DNA from: Patescibacteria group bacterium
Lineage (GTDB): Bacteria; Patescibacteriota; Patescibacteriia; Patescibacteriales; UBA12075
Direction of reading: 5' to 3'
DNA length: 64,000 nucleotides
NCBI GenBank assembly: GCA_018897195.1
Contig: JAHILH010000001.1
Location: forward strand, 28,565-92,564
Shown here: piece by piece, positions 8,618 to 18,400 of the stretch
Layout of the letters: each line of letters starts with the position of its first letter
Position numbering within the stretch: position 1 is the stretch's first letter
The notes under the pieces: generated by a model
Told to the model about the DNA's origin: nothing
Seen by the model: the letters and a program-made list of their open reading frames with translations, nothing else
Database searches by the model: none
Position numbers and translations under genes: made by a program

Positions 8618-10033
8618 ATGCAAAAAAAACAAACAAAAATCGTGGCTACAATCTCAGATATGAGATGTGATGTGGATTTTATTCAAGAGTTATATGACGA
8701 AGGGGTGAATGTTTTTCGTCTAAATACCGCTCATCAGAATATTGATGATACGGTGCGTGTGATCAAAAATATCCGTAAGGTTTCAGACCGGATTGCAATT
8801 ATGATTGATTTAAAAGGGCCGGAATTGCGAACAAGTTTTGCGGCCGCTGCGATTGAAATTGAAAATGGGGCTGAGGTGGCCTTGAAGGGTGGTAAGCGGG
8901 AAGATGTTTCGACAAAAGATTTGTTGTATGTTAATTATCCAGATTTTGTGAAAAAAGTCAGTGTGGGCACTAGTGTTTTGATTGACGATGGTGAATTGGA
9001 ATTAGTAGTAGTAAAGAAAACTAAAGACAAGGCAATTTGTAAGGCTTTAAATCGAGGCATTATCAAGTCATATAAAACAGTTAACGTGCCAAGTGTAAAA
9101 TTTAATTTGCCATCTTTGAACGTAAAAGACCGTGACTACTTAGATTTTGTCGTAAAAAATGATATTGATTTTGTGGCGCATTCTTTTGTTCGTAGCAAAC
9201 AAGACGTTTTGGACGTGCAGGCAGTTTTGGACAAGTCCAAGAGTCGAGCGAAGATAATTTCCAAGATTGAAAATGCAGAAGGGGTTGATAATTTGGATGA
9301 AATTCTTGAAGTTTCTCATGGGATTATGGTGGCACGTGGCGACTTGGGTATTGAGATGCCGGCTGAAGAATTACCCTTGATTCAAAAGAAAATTATTAAA
9401 CAATGTATTTTAGCAAGAAAACCGGTAATCGTGGCAACACAGGTAATGCACTCAATGATCAAGAGTCCACGTCCAACCCGTGCTGAGGTGAGCGATGTGG
9501 CGAATGCGGTTTTAGATGGTACGGATGCCGTGATGCTTTCCGGTGAAACAGCCTTTGGTGAATTTCCGATTGAGACTGTCAAGATTATGAGTAAAATCAT
9601 TAAAAAAACTGAAGCTTTTGCTGATCAATACTCTGTTTTACCTTTAACTAATATTAAAAAGACAGTTACATGTCACTTGGTGAAGGCCGCTGTTGAGACG
9701 GCGAGACAATTGGATATTAAGGAAATCATTATCGGCGACGAGACTGGTTTTTCATCTGAATTAATTTCATCATTACGTTCTCGTATTCCGGTATTTGTCA
9801 AAACCTCTGATCGACGCATCGTGCGCGAGATGTCCTTGTCTTACGGCCTGAATGCGCATTACGCGCCCAAAGATAGAAATCATGAGGAGTATATTAGAGC
9901 TTTGTTGAAAAAATTAGTAGCCAAGGGTAAGTTAAAGAAAAATGATTTGATTATTTACTTAGCTGGCGATCCTGATAAGAAAATTGCGGCTAATTTTATG
10001 GAAATCTGCGAAGTGGATAAATATTCAAAGTAA
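8618..10033 (+). CDS. pyk: pyruvate kinase
   Basis: KIVATISD...VNVFRLNTAHQ, MVARGDLGIEMP, AVMLSGETA motifs; 471 aa. Confidence 0.9.
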   Translation: MQKKQTKIVATISDMRCDVDFIQELYDEGVNVFRLNTAHQNIDDTVRVIKNIRKVSDRIAIMIDLKGPELRTSFAAAAIEIENGAEVALKGGKREDVSTKDLLYVNYPDFVKKVSVGTSVLIDDGELELVVVKKTKDKAICKALNRGIIKSYKTVNVPSVKFNLPSLNVKDRDYLDFVVKNDIDFVAHSFVRSKQDVLDVQAVLDKSKSRAKIISKIENAEGVDNLDEILEVSHGIMVARGDLGIEMPAEELPLIQKKIIKQCILARKPVIVATQVMHSMIKSPRPTRAEVSDVANAVLDGTDAVMLSGETAFGEFPIETVKIMSKIIKKTEAFADQYSVLPLTNIKKTVTCHLVKAAVETARQLDIKEIIIGDETGFSSELISSLRSRIPVFVKTSDRRIVREMSLSYGLNAHYAPKDRNHEEYIRALLKKLVAKGKLKKNDLIIYLAGDPDKKIAANFMEICEVDKYSK

Positions 10034-10075
10034 ATAAAGTTTAATCTAGTTTTAATCTTTTTTATATATATTTTT

Positions 10076-10108
10076 AAATAGAGTCACAATGACTCTATTT
10101 ATTTTTTT
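10076..10108 (+). terminator. rho-independent terminator after pyk
   Basis: AAATAGAGTC/GACTCTATTT stem then ATTTTTTT. Confidence 0.8.
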
Positions 10109-10132
10109 GCCAAATAAGTATAAAATATAAAT

Positions 10133-11614
10133 ATGAAAATCAAAATTATATTTCTCTCATTAATTATTCTTCTTTTGCCAACTCTGCGAGTCCATGCTGG
10201 CGACCTGGGAACTAGGTTGTCTGGACGTATTTTGATTCAGACTGAGCGTAGTGGTGAGGCCTGGTATGTTGATCCTGTTTTGAAAAAAAGATTTTATATG
10301 GGGCAGCCGGCAGATGCGTTTGCGATTATGCGCAACTTTGGCCTGGGGGTGAAAAATACTGACTTGAATCGAATTGCCAAAAGTGATGCCAGTAGCGGTG
10401 ATACGAACCTTGCCAAGCGTCTAGCGGGACGAATTTTATTGCAAGTTGAGAGTCGGGGTGAGGCCTGGTATGTGAATCCGCTAGATAATAAGCGGTATTT
10501 TTTAGGCTCGCCGACTGATTCTTATAAATTAATGCAAAAACTTGGCCTAGGTGTTACTGATGCTAATATTGATTTGATTGAGGTTGGCAACTTAGCCTAT
10601 ATCATTGCAGGTTTGCAGAACGGTACTGATATTTCGCGCGGGTTCAATGTTGACGCTCGTTTGAGCGAAGGTGATTTTCAGGATTTGGCTAAAACGGGTG
10701 CGAACTTGGTCAGAATAAATTTTGCCTTTGCGCCTTTGATCTCTAAGCAAGCACCGTATAATTATAATGAGGAAAGCTTTCAATATTTAGATGAGGTTGT
10801 TTTTTGGGGTGAAAAATATGGCTTAAAAATAATTATTGATCCGCATACTTATCCGGGCACTGCCAATGATACGCACATGCGCCATGATGATTCTTTTTGG
10901 CAGGATTATAAATATCAAGACTTGTTAGTTGGCTTGTGGAAAAAAATCGCCCTCAGGTATCATGGCAAGGGCGAGGCGATTGCCGGCTATAGCCTACTAA
11001 ATGAGCCATTTTTGCCAAATAATGGCGCCGTAGGCACGCCCGCAGACTATAATGGTCTACTTAGGCGTCTTATTAAAGAAATTAGAAGCGTTGACCAAAA
11101 ACACGCCATTATTATCTCTTCTCCAGAAATAATGCCCAAGGGTGAAACTAATGAGGAAAAACGCATTCGTCGAATTGATGGCATCAGCTACCTGGAAAAA
11201 CCAGTTGATAATAATTTGCTTTACGATGTTCATATGTATGAGCCATTTTTCTTTACTCATCAAATAGGGGATAAGCCTACGATGTATCCAGGGCTGATTG
11301 AGGGAGAGGTTTGGGATGAGATCAGGATGGAAAAATATTTAGCACCGATTATGAATTTTTCTAATAAGTACAAGGTCAGGATAATGATGGGTGAATTTTC
11401 CACTGTCCGCTCCCTGGGAGATAGTGGTAATAATTATATTCATGACGTTATTGAATTGTGCGAGAAGTATAAATGGAGTTGGGCCTATCATGTCTTTCGT
11501 TCTTCGCCAATGTGGGACGCGGAAATGTCTAATTATGACGCTAATCAATATGAAAGAAATGATAATACACCACGCATGGAGCTGTTAAGAACTTATTTTA
11601 AAAGGAATAAATAG
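10133..11614 (+). CDS. secreted glycoside hydrolase family 5 (cellulase-like) with two N-terminal ~50-aa repeat modules
   Basis: Signal peptide; tandem GRILxQxExxGEAWYVxP modules; GH5-like LLNEPF and MGEFS catalytic-region motifs. Confidence 0.8.
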   Translation: MKIKIIFLSLIILLLPTLRVHAGDLGTRLSGRILIQTERSGEAWYVDPVLKKRFYMGQPADAFAIMRNFGLGVKNTDLNRIAKSDASSGDTNLAKRLAGRILLQVESRGEAWYVNPLDNKRYFLGSPTDSYKLMQKLGLGVTDANIDLIEVGNLAYIIAGLQNGTDISRGFNVDARLSEGDFQDLAKTGANLVRINFAFAPLISKQAPYNYNEESFQYLDEVVFWGEKYGLKIIIDPHTYPGTANDTHMRHDDSFWQDYKYQDLLVGLWKKIALRYHGKGEAIAGYSLLNEPFLPNNGAVGTPADYNGLLRRLIKEIRSVDQKHAIIISSPEIMPKGETNEEKRIRRIDGISYLEKPVDNNLLYDVHMYEPFFFTHQIGDKPTMYPGLIEGEVWDEIRMEKYLAPIMNFSNKYKVRIMMGEFSTVRSLGDSGNNYIHDVIELCEKYKWSWAYHVFRSSPMWDAEMSNYDANQYERNDNTPRMELLRTYFKRNK

Positions 11615-11626
11615 GGTTGATATTTT

Positions 11627-11661
11627 CCCTCGCCCCGGCGGGAGAGGGTCGGGGTGAGGGG
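11627..11661. mobile_element. family A repeat, solo left end (A4)
   Basis: CCCTCGCCCCGGCGGGAGAGGGTCGGGGTGAGGGGG, 13 nt after GH5 stop. Confidence 0.85.
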
Positions 11662-11732
11662 GAGTTGTTGATGCTAATATTAAACAAAATCAACCGTAAA
11701 AAATATTAAACTTTCAAAATCCCTTGATTTTA

Positions 11733-11761
11733 TTGGCATTATTTTAAAAAAGGTGTATAAT
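11733..11761 (+). promoter_or_regulatory. sigma-70-type promoter for hup
   Basis: TTGGCA-17 nt-TATAAT. Confidence 0.65.
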
Positions 11762-11835
11762 AATAATGAAATTAATTAATTTATCCCCAACTATTAATTT
11801 TTATTATTTTTAGGGGAGCTAAAATTAAAAAAAGT

Positions 11836-12117
11836 ATGGCAAAAATGACAAAGTCACAAATGCTAGCAGCCTTAGTTGAAACTACAGGTTTAGCAAAAAA
11901 AGATGTAACTAGCTTGGTTGAAAACTTGACCGAATTGGCTTACAAAGAAGTTAAGAAAAACGGTGAATTCTCAATTCATGGCATCGGCAAATTGGTAAAA
12001 ATGAAACGCGCTGCTAGAATGGGACGAAACCCTGCTACAGGCGAAACAATCAAAATCCCTGCAAAGACTGTTGTTAAATTCAGAGTTGCAAAAGCAGCTA
12101 AAGACGCAGTACTTTAG
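11836..12117 (+). CDS. hup: HU family DNA-binding protein
   Basis: 93 aa; GIGKLVKMKRAARMGRNPATGETIKIPAKTVVKFRVAKAAKDAV; TTGGCA-17-TATAAT promoter and strong terminator. Confidence 0.9.
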   Translation: MAKMTKSQMLAALVETTGLAKKDVTSLVENLTELAYKEVKKNGEFSIHGIGKLVKMKRAARMGRNPATGETIKIPAKTVVKFRVAKAAKDAVL

Positions 12118-12133
12118 GACTCAATATAATATC

Positions 12134-12170
12134 AAAAAAAATTCCACCGTAATGGTGGAATTTTTTTGTT
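12134..12170. terminator. terminator after hup (A-run/T-run flanked)
   Basis: ATTCCACC/GGTGGAAT stem, AAAAAAAA upstream, TTTTTTTGTTGTTTTTT downstream. Confidence 0.8.
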
Positions 12171-12217
12171 GTTTTTTGATATAGCCTTGATTAATATAAA
12201 TAAGTTTGCCATTGCAT

Positions 12218-12334
12218 TCTCCCTCTCCCCGCCGGGAGAGGGCTGGGGTGAGGGAACATTGTTAAAATACCACATATCTAATATTCTTCGTCCGTTCTAC
12301 CTCACCCCGACCCTCTCCTGCAAAGGAGAGGGAG
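12218..12334. mobile_element. family A repeat, full two-ended copy (A5)
   Basis: Left TTCTCCCTCTCCCCGCCGGGAGAGGGCTGGGGTGAGGGA ... right CTACCTCACCCCGACCCTCTCCTGCAAAGGAGAGGGAG. Confidence 0.85.
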
Positions 12335-12377
12335 TTAATGCCAATCATGTATTGTGCATGAGTCTCTTTTTGTTATT

Positions 12378-12947
12378 CTATATCCATCGATCAATATATT
12401 GTCCAACGCCAAAACTAAGAAACTTATTTCTCAATTTCGTATTGGAATACAAATATTTGACCATGGACGAAAATTCGATAAGATAACGATCATTGATGAT
12501 TTTAAATTTTACTTTTTCAGATTGGATGGCACGACGGATGGTTTTTTGCTCGACACCGCCGATCTTGGCTGCCTCGGAAACGGAGAGCCAGAGAGGTTCT
12601 GAAGGGAGTGATATTTCGACACTGGTTTCATCTTCGCGTTTTCTTTTTTTGCTGACTTTTTCTTCCGTCAAAGTGCGTGTCTTTTCGGTTTGCGTTGGTT
12701 TATGTTTTTTGTAAATTTTTCCAATTCGATTGCTCTTGATAGGTGGGGCTACCACGACTGGAGCAGTTTGCTCGAGTGTTGATAACTCTTCAGTTTTTGG
12801 CAAAGTAAAATCTACCTTCGGAGTTTTTATTTCTTCGACGTTTTCTTTTTTTATTTCCGGTTCAACTTTTTTGTCTATGACAAAACTAGTTTTTTTAACT
12901 GGTTCATCGTCGCTTAAAATTGTATCAAGAATGTTTTTTGTCATCAA
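12378..12947 (-). CDS. DNA-binding protein with C-terminal helix-turn-helix (excisionase/MerR-like HTH), Lys/Glu-rich N-terminal half
   Basis: C-terminal LSVSEAAKIGGVEQKTIRRAIQSEKVKFKIINDRYLI; three palindromic repeats lie just upstream. Confidence 0.6.
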   Translation of the reverse strand: MMTKNILDTILSDDEPVKKTSFVIDKKVEPEIKKENVEEIKTPKVDFTLPKTEELSTLEQTAPVVVAPPIKSNRIGKIYKKHKPTQTEKTRTLTEEKVSKKRKREDETSVEISLPSEPLWLSVSEAAKIGGVEQKTIRRAIQSEKVKFKIINDRYLIEFSSMVKYLYSNTKLRNKFLSFGVGQYIDRWI

Positions 12948-12953
12948 ATTAGC

Positions 12954-12987
12954 GACTTAAGTCCAGAGTTCTCTAGACTTAAGTCTG
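12954..12987. repeat. 34-bp near-palindrome, copy 1 (candidate operator)
   Basis: GACTTAAGTCCAGAGTTCTCTAGACTTAAGTCTG; two ACTTAAGT palindromes flanking AGAGTTCTCT; 7 nt upstream of start of 12378..12947. Confidence 0.85.
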
Positions 12988-13036
12988 TGAAATTGTCAAA
13001 TTTTAACGTTTTGACGCTATAATTTAGCTTTTTTGT

Positions 13037-13070
13037 GACTTAAGTCCAGAGTTCTCTAGACTTAAGTCTG
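13037..13070. repeat. 34-bp near-palindrome, copy 2
   Basis: 34/34 identical to copy 1. Confidence 0.9.
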
Positions 13071-13136
13071 ATATTTACACTTGTAATTTGCAAAAAATAC
13101 TGTCTTTCTGATAGCCGCACTTTGTCATTTTTTTGG

Positions 13137-13170
13137 GAGTAAAGTCTACGGTTTCCTGGACTTAAGTATG
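13137..13170. repeat. 34-bp near-palindrome, degenerate copy 3
   Basis: GAGTAAAGTCTACGGTTTCCTGGACTTAAGTATG, 25/34 matches; shares downstream ATATTT with copy 2. Confidence 0.65.
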
Positions 13171-13396
13171 ATATTTTTAATATGTTTGCATATAGTTATG
13201 AAAAAATCAAGACGATAAGTCAACTTTGTCCTTAATTAAGGATTATATGCTAAAAATTTAGAATAATGACAACTATTAATCATTATTTTTCAACGATTTT
13301 TAATGATGAATGTAACTTGCTTGCGAATTTGAAATATGATATTATAAGAGGTGTTAATGGAGTTTTGAAAAGGCTCTTTTTTGTTTAGGGGATAAC

Positions 13397-13422
13397 TGTA
13401 ACACTTTTGATTTTAATTCGTA
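13397..13422 (+). promoter_or_regulatory. ECF-type promoter upstream of ECF sigma gene (autoregulation candidate)
   Basis: TGTAAC-16 nt-CGTA, resembles Bacillus SigW/X/M-type AAC-N16/17-CGT promoters; 42 nt upstream of ATG. Confidence 0.55.
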
Positions 13423-13463
13423 TTATAAGTATGCGCAATAAAAAACGCATCTTTATTTAGAAA

Positions 13464-14015
13464 ATGAATTCAGGCATTAAGGACAAAATTTTATTTCGCA
13501 AACTCGAAAAGAAAGACAAGGATGCCTTTGTGAAAGCATATGATTACTATTTCGATGATATTTATCGGTTTGTATATTTCAAAGTTGGCGAAAAAGAAAC
13601 TGCCGAAGACTTAACTTCCTCTGTTTTTTTAAAGACTTGGGATTTTATTTTAAATAACAGTATTTCTGATTACAAGACTTTGAGGGCGCTATTCTATAAA
13701 ATAGCCAGAACGACCATAATTGATTATTACCGCAAGAAGAGCACGCAGATGGAGGAGGCAGTCGATACTTTCGATTATCTTGATATAAAAGACGAAGGTC
13801 AAGATCTGGAAAGCAAGATTGATACCAAGATGGATTATGCACAAGTGATAGAAAAGATCGGTGAGTTAAAAGACGAATATCGCGAAATTTTAATTCTTCG
13901 ATTTGTAAATGAATTATCTGTTTCTGAGATTGCTGATATTTTGGAAAAAGAAGCTGGTAATGTTAGGGTGACGATACATCGTGCCTTAAACGCTTTAAAA
14001 GATTTAATGAAGTAA
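13464..14015 (+). CDS. ECF-type RNA polymerase sigma factor
   Basis: Region 2 YRFVYFKVGEKETAEDLTSSVFLKTW and region 4 EYREILILRFVNELSVSEIADILEKEAGNVRVTIHRALNALK; TGTAAC-N16-CGTA upstream. Confidence 0.85.
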   Translation: MNSGIKDKILFRKLEKKDKDAFVKAYDYYFDDIYRFVYFKVGEKETAEDLTSSVFLKTWDFILNNSISDYKTLRALFYKIARTTIIDYYRKKSTQMEEAVDTFDYLDIKDEGQDLESKIDTKMDYAQVIEKIGELKDEYREILILRFVNELSVSEIADILEKEAGNVRVTIHRALNALKDLMK

Positions 14016-14024
14016 TCCCCATTA

Positions 14025-14891
14025 ATGAAAAATTTAAACACACAACTAAATAATCTTAAAAATATCAAACCAGGCAACGATTACAAAAATAAGAATCGTG
14101 AGCTTCTACTTACCCAAATTTATAATACAGCCGAAGCTAAACCGGCTGATTTTTCGTTTGGGTTTTCAGCTTATTTTCAACAATTTTCTAGTGATTTTGT
14201 AGATCTTATCGCTCAACCGGCAATGGTGGTTGGGCTTGTTTTGGTTTCTATACTCGGCGGTGGCTTGTTTGGTGCAACAGCATCCAAGGGCACCAAGCCT
14301 GGTGATTCTTTGTATGTGGCCAAGAGAATTAGTGAAAAAACCCAATTGGCGCTAACTTTTGGCGAAAAGGAAAAAGTTCAATTACGCATTGGTTTTGCTG
14401 GTAATAGGGTTGAGGAAATTGAGCAAGTTTTGGCTGATAATAAGCAAAATGAGGCTGAAACTAAAAAAACAGTTGATGATTTGGTAAATAATGTTAAGAG
14501 TGAGGTGGGCGCTGCTAAAACTGGCTTGCAAAAAATAAGTAAAAATGCTAATATTAATGCAAAAGTAACAGAAAAGAACATAGAAACTGTTGAACAGGCT
14601 AGTACTACAAAAACAGCTCAAACCAAAAACGAGGAAGATGAGGTTTTTAGTGCTAATCTTGGCAAAGAAAATGCAGGTATTTCTACCAAGGAAAGAGAAG
14701 TTGTTGTTGTTAAAAAAGAAGAAGACTCTAAGGCTTTATTGACACAGGCTAAAGAATCTTTAAAAAGTGACGATGTGGCTCAGACTTTGTCAGCCCTAGA
14801 AAAGGTTGATGAGGCTATCGACAAAACGGTGGATAGCGGGGAAGTAAAAGGCGTTGAAGAGACTGCAACAACTACTGAGTTGAAAAAATAG
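14025..14891 (+). CDS. single-pass membrane protein after ECF sigma (candidate anti-sigma factor)
   Basis: Starts 9 nt after sigma stop; one TM (AMVVGLVLVSILGGGLFGA); Lys/Glu-rich extracytoplasmic part. Confidence 0.5.
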   Translation: MKNLNTQLNNLKNIKPGNDYKNKNRELLLTQIYNTAEAKPADFSFGFSAYFQQFSSDFVDLIAQPAMVVGLVLVSILGGGLFGATASKGTKPGDSLYVAKRISEKTQLALTFGEKEKVQLRIGFAGNRVEEIEQVLADNKQNEAETKKTVDDLVNNVKSEVGAAKTGLQKISKNANINAKVTEKNIETVEQASTTKTAQTKNEEDEVFSANLGKENAGISTKEREVVVVKKEEDSKALLTQAKESLKSDDVAQTLSALEKVDEAIDKTVDSGEVKGVEETATTTELKK

Positions 14892-14899
14892 TCTTCTTT

Positions 14900-15009
14900 G
14901 TCATTTCGCAGTGAAACGGAGAAATCGCTTCGACTTGGTATGAAAATAATAACTGTGTATGAAATATAATAGCTAAATCGAAGCGATGTCTCACTTCGTT
15001 CGACATGAC
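14900..15009. mobile_element. family B' repeat (B1)
   Basis: GTCATTTCGCAGTGAAACGGAGAAATCGCTTCGAC ... GTCGAAGCGATGTCTCACTTCGTTCGACATGAC inverted arms; 9 nt after stop of 14025..14891. Confidence 0.85.
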
Positions 15010-15471
15010 AAAATGGAAGAATAGTATTGATCAATTTTTCAATTATCACCCGATAGTTAAAAAGATGATCCGTACTATTACGGCTCCAGGAGTTACTAAA
15101 GGTCGTAACCGATTTTAATCGGCGATTCCTGCATACTAAGACAAAATAAAAGTTCTTCGAAAATTAATCGAGTATTGTTAAGAATTGAATTGGGGTTAAT
15201 AAATGAAAATGGGCCCAAGTTTTTTCTTTCCCGCACCTTTGTTTAGCAAAGACGCGGGGTGAATGTGAATTTCCTCATGCTGTCAACATTGGCTCTTGCA
15301 CTTTTGTAATTAAAGGTGCGGGACTGAAAATGGGATTCCAGCCTGTTTTTGTGAAAAAATTCCAAAGAGATTTAAGACAAGACAAGAGAGATTAGAAGAG
15401 AATGAAAATTTTATTCGACTTATTTAAATAGTTTGTGGCAATTGCGCTTGCAAACATTTGATAAGTCATTA

Positions 15472-18400
15472 ATGCAATTTATGCAAAAATTACGTAAAGC
15501 TTTGGCTATCAGCGTAATGTCAGTTACTGTGCTTTCAACAAGCATGTTCTCAGTATCCTTCGCGGGTGCTGCAACATCTGTTGCTGCTGGTGATTTGATT
15601 AAGACAAACAGTTCATCTGCTGTCTACTACGTTGGTGCTGATATGAAGAAAAATGTGTTCCCTGATTCTACAACATATTTTTCATGGTATTCTGATTTTT
15701 CATCAGTAACAGTTGTATCACAAGATGAGTTCAATGCTTTATCTTGGGGTGGTAACGTTGTGATGAGACCAGGTACAAAATTAGTTAAAATTCAATCTGA
15801 TCCAAGAGTTTACGCTGTTGAACCAGGTGGAAAAATGAAGCACATTCCTAGCGAAGCAGTTGCTATCTCTATCTATGGTGCTAACTGGGCAAAAAGAGTT
15901 GTTGATATTTCAGACACAGTGTTTGTATCAGCATACGACAAGAACCCAACTGAACTTACAACTGCATTCCCAGCTGGTACTTTGGTAAAAGGTACAGGCG
16001 CTGATGTATTTTACTTCGACGGTTCAGCTTACAGAAAGGTAGCTAACGAAGCTGCTTTCACAGCTAACAGATTCAGCTTTGCAAACGTTGTAACAACAAC
16101 TAACGCTGTTACTGCATCTGGTGCTGATGTTACATCTGCTGAGTTCGCTAGCGTTGTTGCTGGTGGTGTTGCTGATGTAGTTGTTGGCGGAACTGGATTG
16201 ACTGTTGCTTTGTCTTCAAACACTCCAGAAGCTGGCAATGCTCCTATTGGCGCATCTGTTGATTTCTTTGCATTTAACCTTACTGCTTCAAATGATGGCG
16301 CTGTAAACGTTAATAGCATCAAATTATCTGCTTTCAACTTAGGTAATGCTGATGATATCACTAATGTTTCTTTCTATGATAACGGAGCAAAGATTGGTAC
16401 ATCAAAGACTTTGAGCGCTTCTGATAGAAACGCAGTATTCAATTTCGCAACACCTATTAATGTTGCTGCAGGTACAACAAAAACAATTACTGTAAAAGCT
16501 ACTTTGGCTACAGGTGCAAACAGCAACTATGCTGTAGGTATTACTGCTGCTGCTGACATTATGACAGGCGGCGCGGCTGTATCAGGTTCTTTCCCAGTTG
16601 TTGGTAGTACAAAGTCAGGCGTTAGCGCAAGTTTGGGATCATACGTTATTTCAACTACAAGTTTGGAAACTATTGATACATCAAATAAGTTTGGCGAAGA
16701 CAATGTTCTTTTAGCTGCATTTGATATTAATGCTGCTGCCGAAGAAGATCTTTTGGTAAATACCTTAAGACTTCGTAATGGTGGAACAAATTCAGATAGC
16801 ATTGTTTCTAACATGAGATTGGTAATCGACGGTGAAGATGTTCAAACAGGCGTAAGCATGGTTGATAGATATGCATCATTCAACGCTGGTAGCTATAAAA
16901 TCGACAAAGGTCAATCAGTTTCAGTTGAAATTTACGGTGACCTAGGTATGGGTAGCGCTGGTGATACTGTTAGTCTTTACCTAAAAGAAGCAACTGATAT
17001 GTCTGTTGTTGGTAAAACTTTCGGTTATGACTTAGTTGTATCTAATGGTGGCGACTTGACAGCCCTTATGACTGCTAATGGTGGTGTTGTGGTTACTTTG
17101 ACTGCTGGCGATTTCACAATCGACATGGACAAATTAGCAACTCCTGCTAAGGACGTTAGAAAGGATTCAATAAATGTTGTTCTTGCTACAATCAAGATGA
17201 CATCAAATTCTGAAAACGCAACTTTGGCTGGTATTGGTACAGGTTTAACTGTTACTGGTACAAATGTTGACGCCGATGATCTTAACGCCTTTGAATTGGT
17301 TGATTTAAGCACAGGTTCTATCTATGACTTAACATCTACTGTTACAGGCGGTAACACATACAACTTGACAACATCTGATGAAGTTAGCTTTGTGAAGGGT
17401 GTAACTAAGACATTTGCTCTTAGAGCTGATGTCACATCATCAGCTGATCTTAATGATGTTTACGCGGTTTCATTATTAGGAACTGCCTTGTCTTTGACAG
17501 GCGACGTTTCTGATTCTGCAATCACAAACATTACTCCAAGTTCAGTTTCTGGTGCAAACCAAACTGTTAAGGATGCTACATTGTCTTGGACAACTTCAAC
17601 TTTGACAGACAAGACAGTTGTAACTGGTGCTGCCGGTGTTACTATCTACAACGCTAGCGTTAAAGCTGGTGACGTATCACCAATCACTATTTCATCCATT
17701 AAATTGAATGTTGTAGCTGATGATGCTACCGACCTTGGTACTGGATCATTTACTGATAGCAATATCACAAAACTTGATCTATATATCAACAATGTTCTTG
17801 TAAAGACTATTTCTAATAGTATTACAGAAGCAGTAGCTGATGGTGGATATGTTACATTCTCATCATTGGATGCTGCTAAGAGAGTTGTTGCTAAAGGCAC
17901 AACTGTTCCAGTTGAAGTAAAAGCTACTTTTGCTTCTAGCTTCGCTACATCTTCTAAATGGAGTGTTGGCGTTATTGCTGCTAGTTCAATCACTGCTAAA
18001 GATGATTTGAACAACACTATTACTGCTACTGTTCCAGTTCTAACTGGTTCAAGAGACGTTACATTAGCTACTATTGGTTCATTGAAGACTGAATTGTTAA
18101 CAGTTGATTCAAAGGCAAACAATGATGTTTACCTATTGGCTGGTTCAACAAAGACTTCTGGTGATGCTTATGTTGCTGAAGTTAAATTCACTGCTGCTAA
18201 CGAACCTATTAAAGTTAAAACTTTGGTTTTGGCTCAAACTGGTACAGCTACAAGCGGTGACATCAAAGCTGTTAATCTTTATAACAGTGCTGGTGCAATT
18301 ATTGCAACAACAGGCGTAACTGCTACTGGTCATGCAGTATTCACTAACTTGACATTAACAATTCCAGCTGATTCATCAGTTTCATACTTTGTTGGTGTTC

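Noticed and set aside
12166-12486. ORFs whose sequence is largely a translation of the repeat families. These are 12166-12486, 14780-15049, 26906-27133, 31982-32191, 36335-36580, 36405-36596, 43354-43656, 50219-50410, 51883-52134, 51924-52127 and 52291-52521.
   Set aside because: Peptides such as LSPPGEGWGEG, PTLSRRGEG, VIPAKAGIQ and AFAGMT are read straight through A, B or C repeat DNA. There is no independent coding evidence.
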